64,000 bases of DNA from an uncultured bacterium (GCA_963727525.1 CAVSGO010000003.1:96001-160000); one strand, 5' to 3'; counted from the stretch's first letter, positions 27,968 to 38,062 are shown. A program made the numbers and translations. Notes: generated from the letters alone by a model not told the origin.

Positions 27968-29143
27968 ATGACGACACATAGCTATCAGGAACAAGGGCGC
28001 TACTTCGCCCAGGTGGGCGGCGGGGCCGAGGCCGCCGCGGCCGACGAACTGCGCGATCTCGGTGCCACCGACCTCGAGAACGGAGTGCGCGGCATCCACT
28101 TCCGCGCCACGCCCGAGGTGTCGTACCGCGTCGTCTACGCCTCACGGCTCGTGCAACGCGTGATCGCACCCCTCTGTGACTTCCGCTGCCACAATCCCGA
28201 CTATCTCTACCGGCAGGTCGCGGCGCTGCCCTGGGAGATGTTTCTCAAGCCCGGTCAGACCATCGCTGTCTTCGCCAACGTCTCGCACTCGCGCCTGCGC
28301 GACAGCCGCTACGTGGTGCAGCGTGTGAAGGACGGCATCTGCGACCGCATGCGCGAGGCCACCGGCGAGCGTCCGCGCGTCGACGTGCAGGCGCCGCACC
28401 TCTGGGTGAGCGCGCATGCGTCGCACGACCAGGTGACCATAGGCGTCGACCTCGGCGGCGGCAGCCTCCACCGCCGCGGCTACCGCAAAGAGCAGGGCGA
28501 GGCGCCCATGCAGGAAACGGTGGCGGCTGCGATGGTCGACCTGTCGGAATGGGACGGCGCCACGCCCCTCGTCGACCCTCTCTGTGGCGCCGGCACCCTG
28601 CTCGCCGAGGCCTGGCTCAAGTCTGCCCACATCCCCGCCGGCTACCTCCGCGGGCACTTCGGGTGCATGCAACTCCCCGACTTCGACCTCGTGGCCTGGA
28701 AGACCATGAAGAAGGGCCTCGATAGTCGCATCGATCCGCCCCGGCCCGGACTCGTGCGCGGCAGCGACATCGATCCCGCCATGGTGGCCGCCGCGCGCGC
28801 GAATCTCGCCCGCCTACCGGGCGGCGATCGCATCGAGGTACGCGCCGCCGACGCCTTAACGCGCACCGATCTGCACGACGCCCTGGTCCTGAGCAATCCT
28901 CCCTACGGGCGACGCCTGCAGGCCGGACCCGACATCAACGTCTTCACCAAGCAACTCGGCGACTGGCTCAAGTTCCGCTCGGGCGCGGCCGCGGCATGCC
29001 TCTACTTCGGCGAGCGCGAGCTGCTCAAGCACATCGGTCTGCGCCCCGCCTGGAAACGACCGCTGCGCAACGGCGGCCTCGACGGCCGGCTCGCCCGCTT
29101 CGAACTCTATCGCAATCCCCCACAACCTGGAGCGTCAACATGA
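27968..29143 (+). CDS. THUMP-domain class I RNA methyltransferase (RlmL-like)
   Basis: SLHRRGYR, APMQETVAAA, DPLCGAGT, GSDID, SNPPYG. Confidence 0.9.
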   Translation: MTTHSYQEQGRYFAQVGGGAEAAAADELRDLGATDLENGVRGIHFRATPEVSYRVVYASRLVQRVIAPLCDFRCHNPDYLYRQVAALPWEMFLKPGQTIAVFANVSHSRLRDSRYVVQRVKDGICDRMREATGERPRVDVQAPHLWVSAHASHDQVTIGVDLGGGSLHRRGYRKEQGEAPMQETVAAAMVDLSEWDGATPLVDPLCGAGTLLAEAWLKSAHIPAGYLRGHFGCMQLPDFDLVAWKTMKKGLDSRIDPPRPGLVRGSDIDPAMVAAARANLARLPGGDRIEVRAADALTRTDLHDALVLSNPPYGRRLQAGPDINVFTKQLGDWLKFRSGAAAACLYFGERELLKHIGLRPAWKRPLRNGGLDGRLARFELYRNPPQPGAST

Positions 29144-29478
29144 CCGACCTCACCATCCTCATCACTCGCGCCCAGATGGGGCAGGCCGATCCCGAACTCG
29201 GCAAGAAGCTCATCGCCTCTTACCTGGGGCTGCTCGACCTCGATGACCGCCTGCCTGCCCGCATCTGCTTCTACGCCGAGGGCGTGCACCTGGCCTGCGA
29301 GGGCAGCCATGTCCTCGACGAGCTGCTGACTCTGGCCGGCAAGGGCGTGGAGCTGATCGCGTGCGGTACGTGCCTCAACTTCTACGGCCTCACGGCGAAG
29401 CTGCGCGTGGGCCGCGAGGGCAACATGCGCGAAATCATCGCCGCCCAGTTCGATACCGAACGCGTGGTCACGATCTAG
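29140..29478 (+). CDS. DsrE/YedF-like sulfur-carrier protein
   Basis: MGQADPELG..L, FYAEGV.L, ACGTCLNFY; ATGA overlap with the methyltransferase. Confidence 0.8.
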   Translation: MTDLTILITRAQMGQADPELGKKLIASYLGLLDLDDRLPARICFYAEGVHLACEGSHVLDELLTLAGKGVELIACGTCLNFYGLTAKLRVGREGNMREIIAAQFDTERVVTI

Positions 29479-29663
29479 CCAGGTCCACCGCGCGGCGCGC
29501 TCGTGTGCGAAGCGGGGGCAGCGGTGGCAGAGCGTGACGGCCCGCCACCGCCCGGCCGCGATCATGCCCTCAAGTTCCCTGCCAGACGGCCGAATACCAC
29601 GAACGAGCCCGCGCCGTCGCCCCGGCGGCGCCATGCGACTGTCATTCAGCGGGGAGGCGCTCC

Positions 29664-30191
29664 GTGAACTGTCCGGCATGCGGTGACACCATGACCGAGA
29701 AGACCATCGCCGATCTCACCGTCGACGTATGCGAGGGAGGATGCGGCGGCATCTGGTTCGACAACCGGGAGCTGCAGAAGGTCGATGAGGCCCACGAGGC
29801 GGCAGGCGAGCCGCTCCTCGACGTGGCCCACGATCCCCAGCGCTCCGTCGATCGTAGCAAGCGCTACATGTGTCCGCGTTGCGTCGATGTGGTCATGATG
29901 CGTCACCACGCGAGCGTGAAGGGTGAGGTCACGGTCGACGAGTGCCCGAAATGCGGTGGCCACTTCCTCGACCAGGGCGAGTTGCGCGCGATCCGTGCTC
30001 AGTACCTGGACGAGGCCGCGCGTCGCCAGGCAGCTCGCGAGATGTTCGCCAGCCTCTTCGACGACGAACTGGCGACTCACCATCAGGGTAGCTTGACGCG
30101 TGTCGCCCAGTCCAAGGGTCTCGCCCGCGTGCTGCGCTTCCTTTTGCCCAGCTACTGGTTGCCGGGAAAGCAGGACTGGGGCGCGTACTAG
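29664..30191 (+). CDS. Double zinc-ribbon (zf-TFIIB-like) protein
   Basis: CPAC...CEGGCGGIWFD and CPRC...CPKCGGHFLD; GGGGAGG RBS. Confidence 0.8.
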   Translation: MNCPACGDTMTEKTIADLTVDVCEGGCGGIWFDNRELQKVDEAHEAAGEPLLDVAHDPQRSVDRSKRYMCPRCVDVVMMRHHASVKGEVTVDECPKCGGHFLDQGELRAIRAQYLDEAARRQAAREMFASLFDDELATHHQGSLTRVAQSKGLARVLRFLLPSYWLPGKQDWGAY

Positions 30192-30224
30192 ATCGCGGCC
30201 CGCGACGTACGCCAGGGAAATTCC

Positions 30225-30262
30225 GCCACCGCGGTTCCGGCCGCGGTGGCCGTCGTCTTTTT
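30225..30262 (+). terminator. Putative intrinsic terminator
   Basis: Perfect 10-bp stem GCCACCGCGG/CCGCGGTGGC followed by CGTCGTCTTTTT. Confidence 0.6.
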
Positions 30263-30379
30263 GTAGCCCTGGCGGAGGTTGTTGCGCCATCCCGGTTTTC
30301 ACATGATCGTGTGCGGACGAGCTCGGTGATATCCGCCGCCATGAACGCCGGGCTGCTGACCTCAAACGGATGACGTGAT

Positions 30380-31138
30380 GTGACCACCGAGCAAGCCGGC
30401 CGCGACCTCGTGCGGCCATGTGACATCAGGGGATTGCTCCACGCGCATACGCGGTATGCCGACGGTGCCCACTCTCTGCGTCGCATGGTGGAGACGGCCA
30501 TCGCCATCGGTCTCGAGTATCTCGGCATCAGCGACCACTGCGCCTCGTCCGTCCATCCCGACGGTCTCGATCCCGAGTCGGAGCGCTTCCAGCGCGACGA
30601 GGTCACGGCCCTGCGCCGCGAGTTTCCCGAATTCACCCTGCTGCACGGTGTCGAGGTCGACGCGCGACCCGACGGGGCGCTCACCGTGCCCGAGGAACGT
30701 CTCGCCGGATTCGACTACGTGCTCGTCTCGCTGCACGAGGACGGGTATCGCGACGCCGCAGCCTTCACCGATGCCGTGCTCAGGATCGTTGACCAGCGCT
30801 ACGTCAACATCGTGAGCAAACCACTGGGCGGGTACATGCTGCGCAAGCCGCCGCTACCGCTCGATCTCGAGGCGGTGCTCCGCGCGGCGGGCGCCAACGG
30901 CACCGCGGTGGAGCTGAATGCCAACCCGCAGTCCCTCGATCTCGATCACAACCACTGCGCTCTCGCGTTCCGGTACGGCGTGAAGCTCGTGATCAATACC
31001 GATGCGCACCGGGCGGCGCGCCTCGTCGACTTCCGTCATGGCGTGGAGATTGCGCGCGATGCGCGCGTGCGATGCGACAGCCTCATCAACACGATGACGG
31101 TGCCGCAGCTCCAGGCCCATCTTGCGCGCAAACGCTGA
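30380..31138 (+). CDS. Stand-alone PHP-domain protein (PolX C-terminal-like)
   Basis: LHAHT..ADG, ISDH, GVEVD, VSLH, ELNA, NTDAH. Confidence 0.85.
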   Translation: MTTEQAGRDLVRPCDIRGLLHAHTRYADGAHSLRRMVETAIAIGLEYLGISDHCASSVHPDGLDPESERFQRDEVTALRREFPEFTLLHGVEVDARPDGALTVPEERLAGFDYVLVSLHEDGYRDAAAFTDAVLRIVDQRYVNIVSKPLGGYMLRKPPLPLDLEAVLRAAGANGTAVELNANPQSLDLDHNHCALAFRYGVKLVINTDAHRAARLVDFRHGVEIARDARVRCDSLINTMTVPQLQAHLARKR

Positions 31139-31155
31139 TGAACTCCCACGATTGA

Positions 31156-34100
31156 TCAGCCCGCCACGGCCGGTGCCGTCCAGCGTTCGACGATCTCCCG
31201 CAACACCTTCTTGTTGATCGGCTTGCTGGCGAAGTCGTCCATACCGGCGGCCAGGCAGGCCTCGCGGTGCTCACCCATCGCGTTGGCCGTCATCGCGATC
31301 ACCGGGATCATGGCCGTATCGCCGCCGAGTGCGCGGATGCGTCGTGTCGCCTCCAGGCCATCCATCTCCGGCATCTGACAGTCCATGAGCACGAGATCGA
31401 AGGACCGCGTCGCCACGGCGTCCACCGCCTGCGCGCCGTTGGCCGCCACCTCCACCACGCATCCGAGCATCTCGAGGAGGCTGGAGGCGACCTTCTGGTT
31501 GAAGAGATTGTCTTCCGCCAGCAAGATCCGCGGTGCGACGCCATCGCCGCCCAGGCCGGCGGTCTCCGACGTCACAGTGGGATTCGACTCGGGCGCGAAG
31601 ATGTTGCGCAGGGTCAGCCGCAACCGCTCCGGCTCCACGGGCTTGGACAGCACCGCCGCGTAGCCGGTGTGTTCGAGCTGAGCGTTGTGCTCCGCATCGC
31701 CCAGCGGCTCCACCACCACGACCGGCGGGCGCGCCGCCTCGGGCAGCGATTTCCAGGCCCTGGCGAAGGCCTCGGCTCCTTGCGAGTCGCCATGGCTGTC
31801 GAGTAGGACGAGGTCGTGCTGCGCGGCGAGCGCATGCTCGTACGCATGCGCGCCACCGGCCGTCGCGACCTCCGCGCCCAGCGCGCGTAGAGCCGCGGCC
31901 ATCGCCGCGGCCACCCGGGCGTGACGCGAGACCACGAGTACGCGGCGACCCTGCACCACCGGATCGACCTCGATGGCCGGCGCCGAGTGGCGCACGATCA
32001 CCAGCGGCAGGTCGACGGTGAACGTCGTGCCCACGCCGACCTCGCTGGTCACGTCGATCGTGCCATTCATGAATGTCACGAGCTGCTTCGAGATCGCCAG
32101 TCCCAGGCCCGTGCCGCCGAATCGCCGCGTGTGCGACGCGTCGGCCTGCGTGAACTTCTCGAAGATCAGCGGCAACTTGTCGGCGGGTATTCCGATGCCG
32201 GTATCGGCCACGACGAAGCGTACGCTGTCGGGCTGCTCGTGATCGCCAGGCAAGAACTGCACCGCCAGTTCCACGACGCCCGATTCCGTGAACTTGATGG
32301 CGTTGTTCAGCAGGTTCATGAGGATCTGGCGCAAACGCACGGGATCGGCCACCACCTGACGCGGCAGGTCCGGCGCGAGCGAGTACACCAGCTCGAGCCC
32401 ACGCTGCTCGGCGGGGTATGCCATCAGCGCCACGAGGTCGGCCAGCTGCGATGGCAGATCGACGGCGACGGTGTCGAGCGCCAGCTCGCCGGCCTCGATC
32501 TTGGAGAAGTCGAGTACGTCGTTGATCACGCCCAGGAGCGTGGTGGCCGCGCTGTGCACCATCGTGAGGTACTGCTGCTGCTGGGACGTGGGATCGAGTC
32601 CCTGGAGGATGTCGGCCAGGCCGATCACGGCGTTCAGCGGCGTGCGGATCTCATGGCTCATGTTCGCGAGGAACTCGCTCTTCGCGCGATTGCTCGCCCT
32701 GGCGGCGTGCATCGCGTCCACGAGCTGCCCCTCGGTGACGTGGCGCGCGTGGGCGCCCACGAAGATGTCCACGAGCGCGCGCAGGATCGTCTCGTCAGCC
32801 TCGCGCCATTCCCAGCCCGGCATGGCGTTCGCGAGACCCATGCTCCCCCAGAGGTGATCGTCACGGATCACCGGCACGATGAGCGCCGACTGCGCGCCGT
32901 TGGCGCCCATGATGTCTCGCAGTTCGGCGGCCTCGATGGGCAGGTCGTCGATGCCGCGGATCGTGATGGCCGCGCCGTCGCGCATGGAGCCGAGCATCGC
33001 GTTGAGACCCGCGAGCGAGAACGTGGGCTTGCCGGTCATGGGACCGTCGCGGAGGGCGTAGATGCGCTCCACGCGGTCATTCTCGTAGTCGTTGCGATAG
33101 ACGAAGGCGAACTGCGCACGGCATGCGCGCGCCACCGTGGCCAGCGCTTCCTGCATGTGCGCGTCGAAGTTATCGCGGCGGCTGCGCAGGAGCACGCGCA
33201 ACGTGCGTGCGATCGTGCGCTGGATCGCGAGCCGGTCGGCGAGCGCCGTCTCCACGCGTTTGCGTGCCGTGACGTCGGTGGCCACGGTCAGCACGAGCGG
33301 CGGTGCGCCCGCGTCGCAATGCAGCAGCTTCTTCACGACGCGCAGCCAGCGCTTGCGCCCCGTGGCATCGCGGACCTCGAGATCCGTCTGGCGCTGTGGC
33401 GACCCCTCGCGCACGCGCCGATCGCTCTCCTGAACCCAGTGCGCGACTTCGGGATCGCGGATCAAGTGGCGAAGGTCTCCACTCTCGAACGTTCCCGACG
33501 AGACGCCCAGGAACCGCACGGCCTCGCGGTTGGCCAGCGCCACGCGCTCGTCGATGTCCCGTGCGATCACGAGGTCGGGGAGGCTATCGAGTACCTGCCG
33601 CACAAACGCCTGCTGCCGCGTGAATTCCGCCTCGGCAGCGCGCCGCGCCAGGTCCACGCTCAATCCGAAGATCGGCAGCAGGTTGCCAAACCAGAGCATG
33701 ATGCTCGGCACATTCGCCATGCTGAAGTCACCCTGTGGCGTGGCCACGAGGAGATAGATCTGGCCTACCGCCAGCGGCAGCAATCCTGCCACCGTCGCCA
33801 GGCTGAAGGCGAACGTTGCCGGCCGTCGCAGGTCGAGGCTCAGTAACAGGCCCACGGCCACGTAGATGACGAGCAGCCCCACTCTCGCGCCCGTGATCTG
33901 GGTATCGGAAAGCTCGTGCCTGCCCAGCATGCCGATATTCGCGGCGCTGAACGCGATCGTCATGGCGGCGAGCCCGACCAGCCACGTGCGCATGGGCAAG
34001 TGGGCGCGCGCACGGACCAACAACACACCCACGAGAAGCAGCAGGCCGCTCGCGAGCTGCGCGCGGGTAGTCGCCGCCGCGGCATCCAGGGCGAGGTTGC

Positions 34101-34434
34101 ATTCCGGCGATGGCAGCAACGGTCGGGGGATCACCTGCACCGCAGCCAGACTGGCGGCGAGCGCCAGCGTGAAGCCGAGCATGAGCGTGAACCGCTCGCG
34201 ATGCAGCGGCAGGAACCCGAAGATCAGCCCCAGCACGAGCGCACCCTGCACGAGCAGGATCACATCCACGCGTACGATCCCGTTAGCCCGACGATAGCCG
34301 GCGAACATGTCGCCGACACCGCCGTCGCGCAATCCGCGGAACGAGAAGCCGATGGCTTCCAGGACCCACGGCCCCGCCGCGCAGAGCACGGCGATGGCCA
34401 GCAGGATGAACACGAGTCGTCGCGAGGTCCGCAT
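31156..34434 (-). CDS. Membrane hybrid sensor histidine kinase (TM-PAS-GAF-HisKA-HATPase-REC-REC)
   Basis: KSEFLANMSHEIRTPLN, NLLNNAIKFT, DTGIGI, GGTGLGL, terminal receiver LLAEDN...LMDCQMP..DG; multi-TM N-terminus. Confidence 0.93.
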   Translation of the reverse strand: MRTSRRLVFILLAIAVLCAAGPWVLEAIGFSFRGLRDGGVGDMFAGYRRANGIVRVDVILLVQGALVLGLIFGFLPLHRERFTLMLGFTLALAASLAAVQVIPRPLLPSPECNLALDAAAATTRAQLASGLLLLVGVLLVRARAHLPMRTWLVGLAAMTIAFSAANIGMLGRHELSDTQITGARVGLLVIYVAVGLLLSLDLRRPATFAFSLATVAGLLPLAVGQIYLLVATPQGDFSMANVPSIMLWFGNLLPIFGLSVDLARRAAEAEFTRQQAFVRQVLDSLPDLVIARDIDERVALANREAVRFLGVSSGTFESGDLRHLIRDPEVAHWVQESDRRVREGSPQRQTDLEVRDATGRKRWLRVVKKLLHCDAGAPPLVLTVATDVTARKRVETALADRLAIQRTIARTLRVLLRSRRDNFDAHMQEALATVARACRAQFAFVYRNDYENDRVERIYALRDGPMTGKPTFSLAGLNAMLGSMRDGAAITIRGIDDLPIEAAELRDIMGANGAQSALIVPVIRDDHLWGSMGLANAMPGWEWREADETILRALVDIFVGAHARHVTEGQLVDAMHAARASNRAKSEFLANMSHEIRTPLNAVIGLADILQGLDPTSQQQQYLTMVHSAATTLLGVINDVLDFSKIEAGELALDTVAVDLPSQLADLVALMAYPAEQRGLELVYSLAPDLPRQVVADPVRLRQILMNLLNNAIKFTESGVVELAVQFLPGDHEQPDSVRFVVADTGIGIPADKLPLIFEKFTQADASHTRRFGGTGLGLAISKQLVTFMNGTIDVTSEVGVGTTFTVDLPLVIVRHSAPAIEVDPVVQGRRVLVVSRHARVAAAMAAALRALGAEVATAGGAHAYEHALAAQHDLVLLDSHGDSQGAEAFARAWKSLPEAARPPVVVVEPLGDAEHNAQLEHTGYAAVLSKPVEPERLRLTLRNIFAPESNPTVTSETAGLGGDGVAPRILLAEDNLFNQKVASSLLEMLGCVVEVAANGAQAVDAVATRSFDLVLMDCQMPEMDGLEATRRIRALGGDTAMIPVIAMTANAMGEHREACLAAGMDDFASKPINKKVLREIVERWTAPAVAG

Positions 34435-35014
34435 GGACGCTCCTGAAGGGTCGGTGGGGTTCGATTCCTGGGGAATATCGGCGTTTTCGGCGCTTACATT
34501 AGTCAAGCCATGGGAAATCTTTAAGAAAGTCTTGGCCGAAGTCGTTCCCGTCAGCAGTGTCAGCTCGGCCACCTGAAGGGGAGATCAGCCATCATGACGT
34601 CAAGGACCCTCTGCGTCGGCGCCGTCGGTTGACCCCGATCGCCATACCGTCACACCGCGGCGACGCTTCGAGAGCGCGCCTGCGCCGCCCATTCGTCGCC
34701 ATCACCGGTGAGCTTGCGTTCCGGGCGCCCCCGCGCCGATCGGACCGTCCCTTGCAGTGCCCACCTCCGTGATCGACGGAGGCCGCGGGCCCGGTCGTCT
34801 CCGGCACCAGGAGACGGCCCCTGCGCGAGCGGATGCCACGGGACGTGCGCGACCCGAACCCTACACACGCTGGTTGCAGGGGTCGCCTGCCATCGCCCTG
34901 TCCGACGCCGCCCGGGCGACCCGCCGCTGCCCGGTGACGACCCGGCCGCGGCCTCCCGGCGATCATCCCACCGCGACCCTCGCCCTGGGCGACGCTGCCC
35001 CGGCGGGGGTGCTA

Positions 35015-35043
35015 TTGACGCTGCATGCCGTGTGTGGCATGAT
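35015..35043 (+). promoter_or_regulatory. Putative sigma70 promoter of the TPR sigma54 activator
   Basis: TTGACG-N17-CATGAT with an extended TG. Confidence 0.45.
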
Positions 35044-35144
35044 CGCCGCACACGCCTCCTGCCGACCGGCGCCGGTCGGCATCCATCCCACGCGCGTCGT
35101 CCTCCCCGGCGAGCCGGCTCGTCAGGATCCGTCCGATCCCGGCG

Positions 35145-37721
35145 ATGGAGGACATCATGCGCCACGCACCGAGCTCGCACGAGCCCTGGAGCGCACCCGT
35201 CGATCCCGATCGCGTGCGTCACGCCTGCGCCGCGATTCTCGTCGCCGATATCGCGACGTCGCTCGCGGATGCGCGTACTTTGCTGGACGGCCTCGTTGAC
35301 ATCCCGCTGACCGATCGCGATCGCATCGGCGTGAGCAAGTCCACGAGCAGCAGCCTGATCACCGGATCGCCGCCGTCCGACCCCTTCGCGCGATGCGGAC
35401 CCTGGTTCCTCGTACCGGGCTGGCCGCGGCCGCTCGTGTGGGATGCCGTCAACCTCCTGCTGTACACGCTGCACAACACCTTTGCGCTCGACGCGGTGAC
35501 CCCCGTCGTGACCCAGGTGCGTGCCCGCGGTCTCGTGCCGGCGCACGAGGTGTTCCCTGACCTCGTGCGCGCGCAGGTCGCGTTGCGGCGCCATCGCCTC
35601 GACGAGGTCGCACAGATTCTCGACCCCATCATCACCACGCGGGTCGATCTGCCCCTTTCGCGCCGCGCCCTCACACTCGAACTGCGCGCGTTCGCGCTAT
35701 CGCTCCAGGGTCAGTCCCGCGAGGGCCGTGACATGCAGCGAGAGGCCGTGATGCTCTACCAGCTCGGCCACGACGCGTGGAGCGAGGCCGGCTCGATCGC
35801 CTTGCTCGGACTCTTCGAGCAGCACTCGTTCGATATCGCCGAAGGTGTCCGTCTGCTCACCGCGTCGCGCGTGATGCTCGAGGAACAGGGGCAGCGCTTC
35901 AACGCGTACCAGACGGCGTTCAATCTCGGCATCGCGCGCTACAAGCAGGGCCGCGTGTCCGAGTGCCTGCGCATCGTCGACGAGATCGAGGAGCCGCTGC
36001 GATGCAGTGGCATGCGGCAGGGCTGGCTACTCACCCGCCTCGTGCGCGCCAAGGCACTCATGGTGCGCGGCGACGCCGCCGACGCGAGCGCCGTGGCGGC
36101 CTCCGTCATCCCGACGGCCGACGAGCAGGGTTGGGCGCGCGAACGCGTCCTCGCCCTCGAGGTCATGGGTGACGCAGCGCTCCATCTCGGCATGCCGCGA
36201 CGCGCCCGCGAGCACTATAGCGATGCCTACGACCTCGCCGCCGAACGTGCGCCCCGCGGCGATCTGGTCGTGGGCCTCATGCGCCGCCTCGGGCAGGTGC
36301 ACCTCGTCGAGGGCTGCCCCGGCGAGGCCATTGCGATCCTGCGCAAGGCTCGGCAACTCGCCACGGAGGCGGGGGAGCTGTACGAGGAGGAGGTGGCGGG
36401 CCGCCTGCTCGCCGATGCGCAACGCCGCCTCGGCATGCTGGCCGACGCCTGGCGTACCGTACGCGAGGCCGAGGTGCGCGTTCGCGCGCACGGCGCAGAG
36501 CTGGAACTGGCGCGCACGCTCATCGAGGGCGCCCGCATCCAGTTCGCGTGGACCGACGCGCCCCACAACCTGGAGTCGGCGTGGAGCCTCGGTTCCGAGG
36601 CCCGCGATCACCTGGTGCAGCTCGCCGAGTTCCCTGTCGATCTCGCCATCTGCGAGACGCTTCTCGCCGACATCCGCACCCACTGGCACGCATCGCTGGT
36701 CTGGTCGGCACCCGCGGCCGCGACGCCACGCGCATCGATCAGCGCCGACGCCGTCGCCAGCGACACGTTCGTCGCCGTCTCGCCCCCGATGGTGCGCGTG
36801 GCCCAGCTCGTGGCTCTCGCCGCCGCTTCCGACGACGCCGTGCTCATCACCGGCGAGACGGGCACGGGCAAGGAGATGGTCGCCCGACGGATCCAGGAAC
36901 TGAGCCATCGCGCCGGCGCCCCCTTCGTGGCGGTGAACTGCGCCGCCGTCCCCGCCAACGTGTTCGAACGCGAGTTCTTCGGCCATGCCCGGGGCGCCTA
37001 CACGGGCGCCGACACCGACGCCCCCGGCCTCGTCGAACGCGCCGCCGGCGGCACCCTGCTACTGGACGAGGTGGGGGAGTTGCCGCCCGAGCTGCAGGCC
37101 AAGCTGCTACGCCTGGTCCAGGAACACACGTTCCGCCGCCTCGGCGAGACGCAGGAACGCCACGTGAGCCTGCGCATCCTGGCTGCCACCAACGCCGACC
37201 TGCTCACCCTCGTCGCCAGCGGCCACTTTCGCCAGGACCTGTACTTCCGCCTGCAAACCCTCGAGATCCATCTCCCCCCACTGCGGGACCGCGGCCCCGA
37301 CATCCCCGCCCTCGCCCGCCACTTCGCGCACGCGGCCCGCACCGGCTCGTCCGCCGCACCCGACCCCCGCACCATCCTCGGCGCCGACCTGTGGAACCTC
37401 CTGCCGAAATACGCGTGGCCCGGCAACATCCGCGAACTCGCCGGCCTCATCCGCCGCGCCTACCTCGTCCACCAGGTCGGCCGTCCCCTCACCGACGACA
37501 TGCTCCCCCGCGGCCTCCGCACCCTCCGCGCCACCCTCCAACCCGAACCGTCCGCCCCCCCACCCCCCGACCTCGCCTCCCAGATCCTCGACACCGAAGC
37601 CACCGCCATCCGCCACGCCCTCACCAAAGCCCACGGCAGCCGCACCGACGCCGCCCGACTGCTCGGCATCAGCCGCAAAAGCCTCTACAGCAAGCTGAAA
37701 CGCCTGGAAGACCCCCAGTGA
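35145..37721 (+). CDS. Sigma54-dependent activator (bEBP) with N-terminal TPR-like domain and Fis HTH
   Basis: GETGTGKE, VNCAA, FFGHARGAYTGA, LLDEVGE, FRQDLYFRL, WPGNIREL, AARLLGISRKSLY. Confidence 0.92.
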   Translation: MEDIMRHAPSSHEPWSAPVDPDRVRHACAAILVADIATSLADARTLLDGLVDIPLTDRDRIGVSKSTSSSLITGSPPSDPFARCGPWFLVPGWPRPLVWDAVNLLLYTLHNTFALDAVTPVVTQVRARGLVPAHEVFPDLVRAQVALRRHRLDEVAQILDPIITTRVDLPLSRRALTLELRAFALSLQGQSREGRDMQREAVMLYQLGHDAWSEAGSIALLGLFEQHSFDIAEGVRLLTASRVMLEEQGQRFNAYQTAFNLGIARYKQGRVSECLRIVDEIEEPLRCSGMRQGWLLTRLVRAKALMVRGDAADASAVAASVIPTADEQGWARERVLALEVMGDAALHLGMPRRAREHYSDAYDLAAERAPRGDLVVGLMRRLGQVHLVEGCPGEAIAILRKARQLATEAGELYEEEVAGRLLADAQRRLGMLADAWRTVREAEVRVRAHGAELELARTLIEGARIQFAWTDAPHNLESAWSLGSEARDHLVQLAEFPVDLAICETLLADIRTHWHASLVWSAPAAATPRASISADAVASDTFVAVSPPMVRVAQLVALAAASDDAVLITGETGTGKEMVARRIQELSHRAGAPFVAVNCAAVPANVFEREFFGHARGAYTGADTDAPGLVERAAGGTLLLDEVGELPPELQAKLLRLVQEHTFRRLGETQERHVSLRILAATNADLLTLVASGHFRQDLYFRLQTLEIHLPPLRDRGPDIPALARHFAHAARTGSSAAPDPRTILGADLWNLLPKYAWPGNIRELAGLIRRAYLVHQVGRPLTDDMLPRGLRTLRATLQPEPSAPPPPDLASQILDTEATAIRHALTKAHGSRTDAARLLGISRKSLYSKLKRLEDPQ

Positions 37722-37782
37722 GAACCGGATTCAGCCCCCATCCGCGCCCCGGCCCCCCACCTGGTCGATAACCAGCCACACC

Positions 37783-37811
37783 TTGACGCCCCCCACCCCG
37801 TACGCTATATT
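37783..37811 (+). promoter_or_regulatory. Sigma70 promoter of tRNA-Asn
   Basis: TTGACG-N17-TATATT. Confidence 0.75.
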
Positions 37812-37882
37812 GCCCGTCCGTTTCGGGCGCCTCCACACCCAGGACCACCCCCGGCCCCGAAACCCAACATCGCAAGACAGGC

Positions 37883-37957
37883 TCCTGCGTAGCTCAATGG
37901 TAGAGCATGCGGCTGTTAACCGCAGGGTTGTAGGTTCGAGCCCTACCGCAGGAGCCA
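37883..37957 (+). tRNA. tRNA-Asn (GTT)
   Basis: Acceptor stem TCCTGCG/CGCAGGA, D-arm AGCTCAATGGTAGAGC, anticodon arm GCGG-CTGTTAA-CCGC, GGTTCGAG T-loop, encoded CCA. Confidence 0.98.
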
Positions 37958-38062
37958 ATCCATTTTCTGCGGTACCAGCCTCACAAGTAATATTCAACTG
38001 AGCGGTATGATTCGCGACGAATTCGCGTGGCTATAAGCGCGTGTCGTTGCGTGGTTAACGAG

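Noticed and set aside
35035..35050. Sigma54 promoter TGGCATGATCGCCGCA before the TPR activator
   Set aside because: The spacing fits but the -12 element is poor; an overlapping sigma70 promoter explains the site better.
34650..35310. ORFs in the spacer between the hybrid kinase and the TPR activator
   Set aside because: Arg/Pro-rich, no RBS or motif, and no frame stands out.
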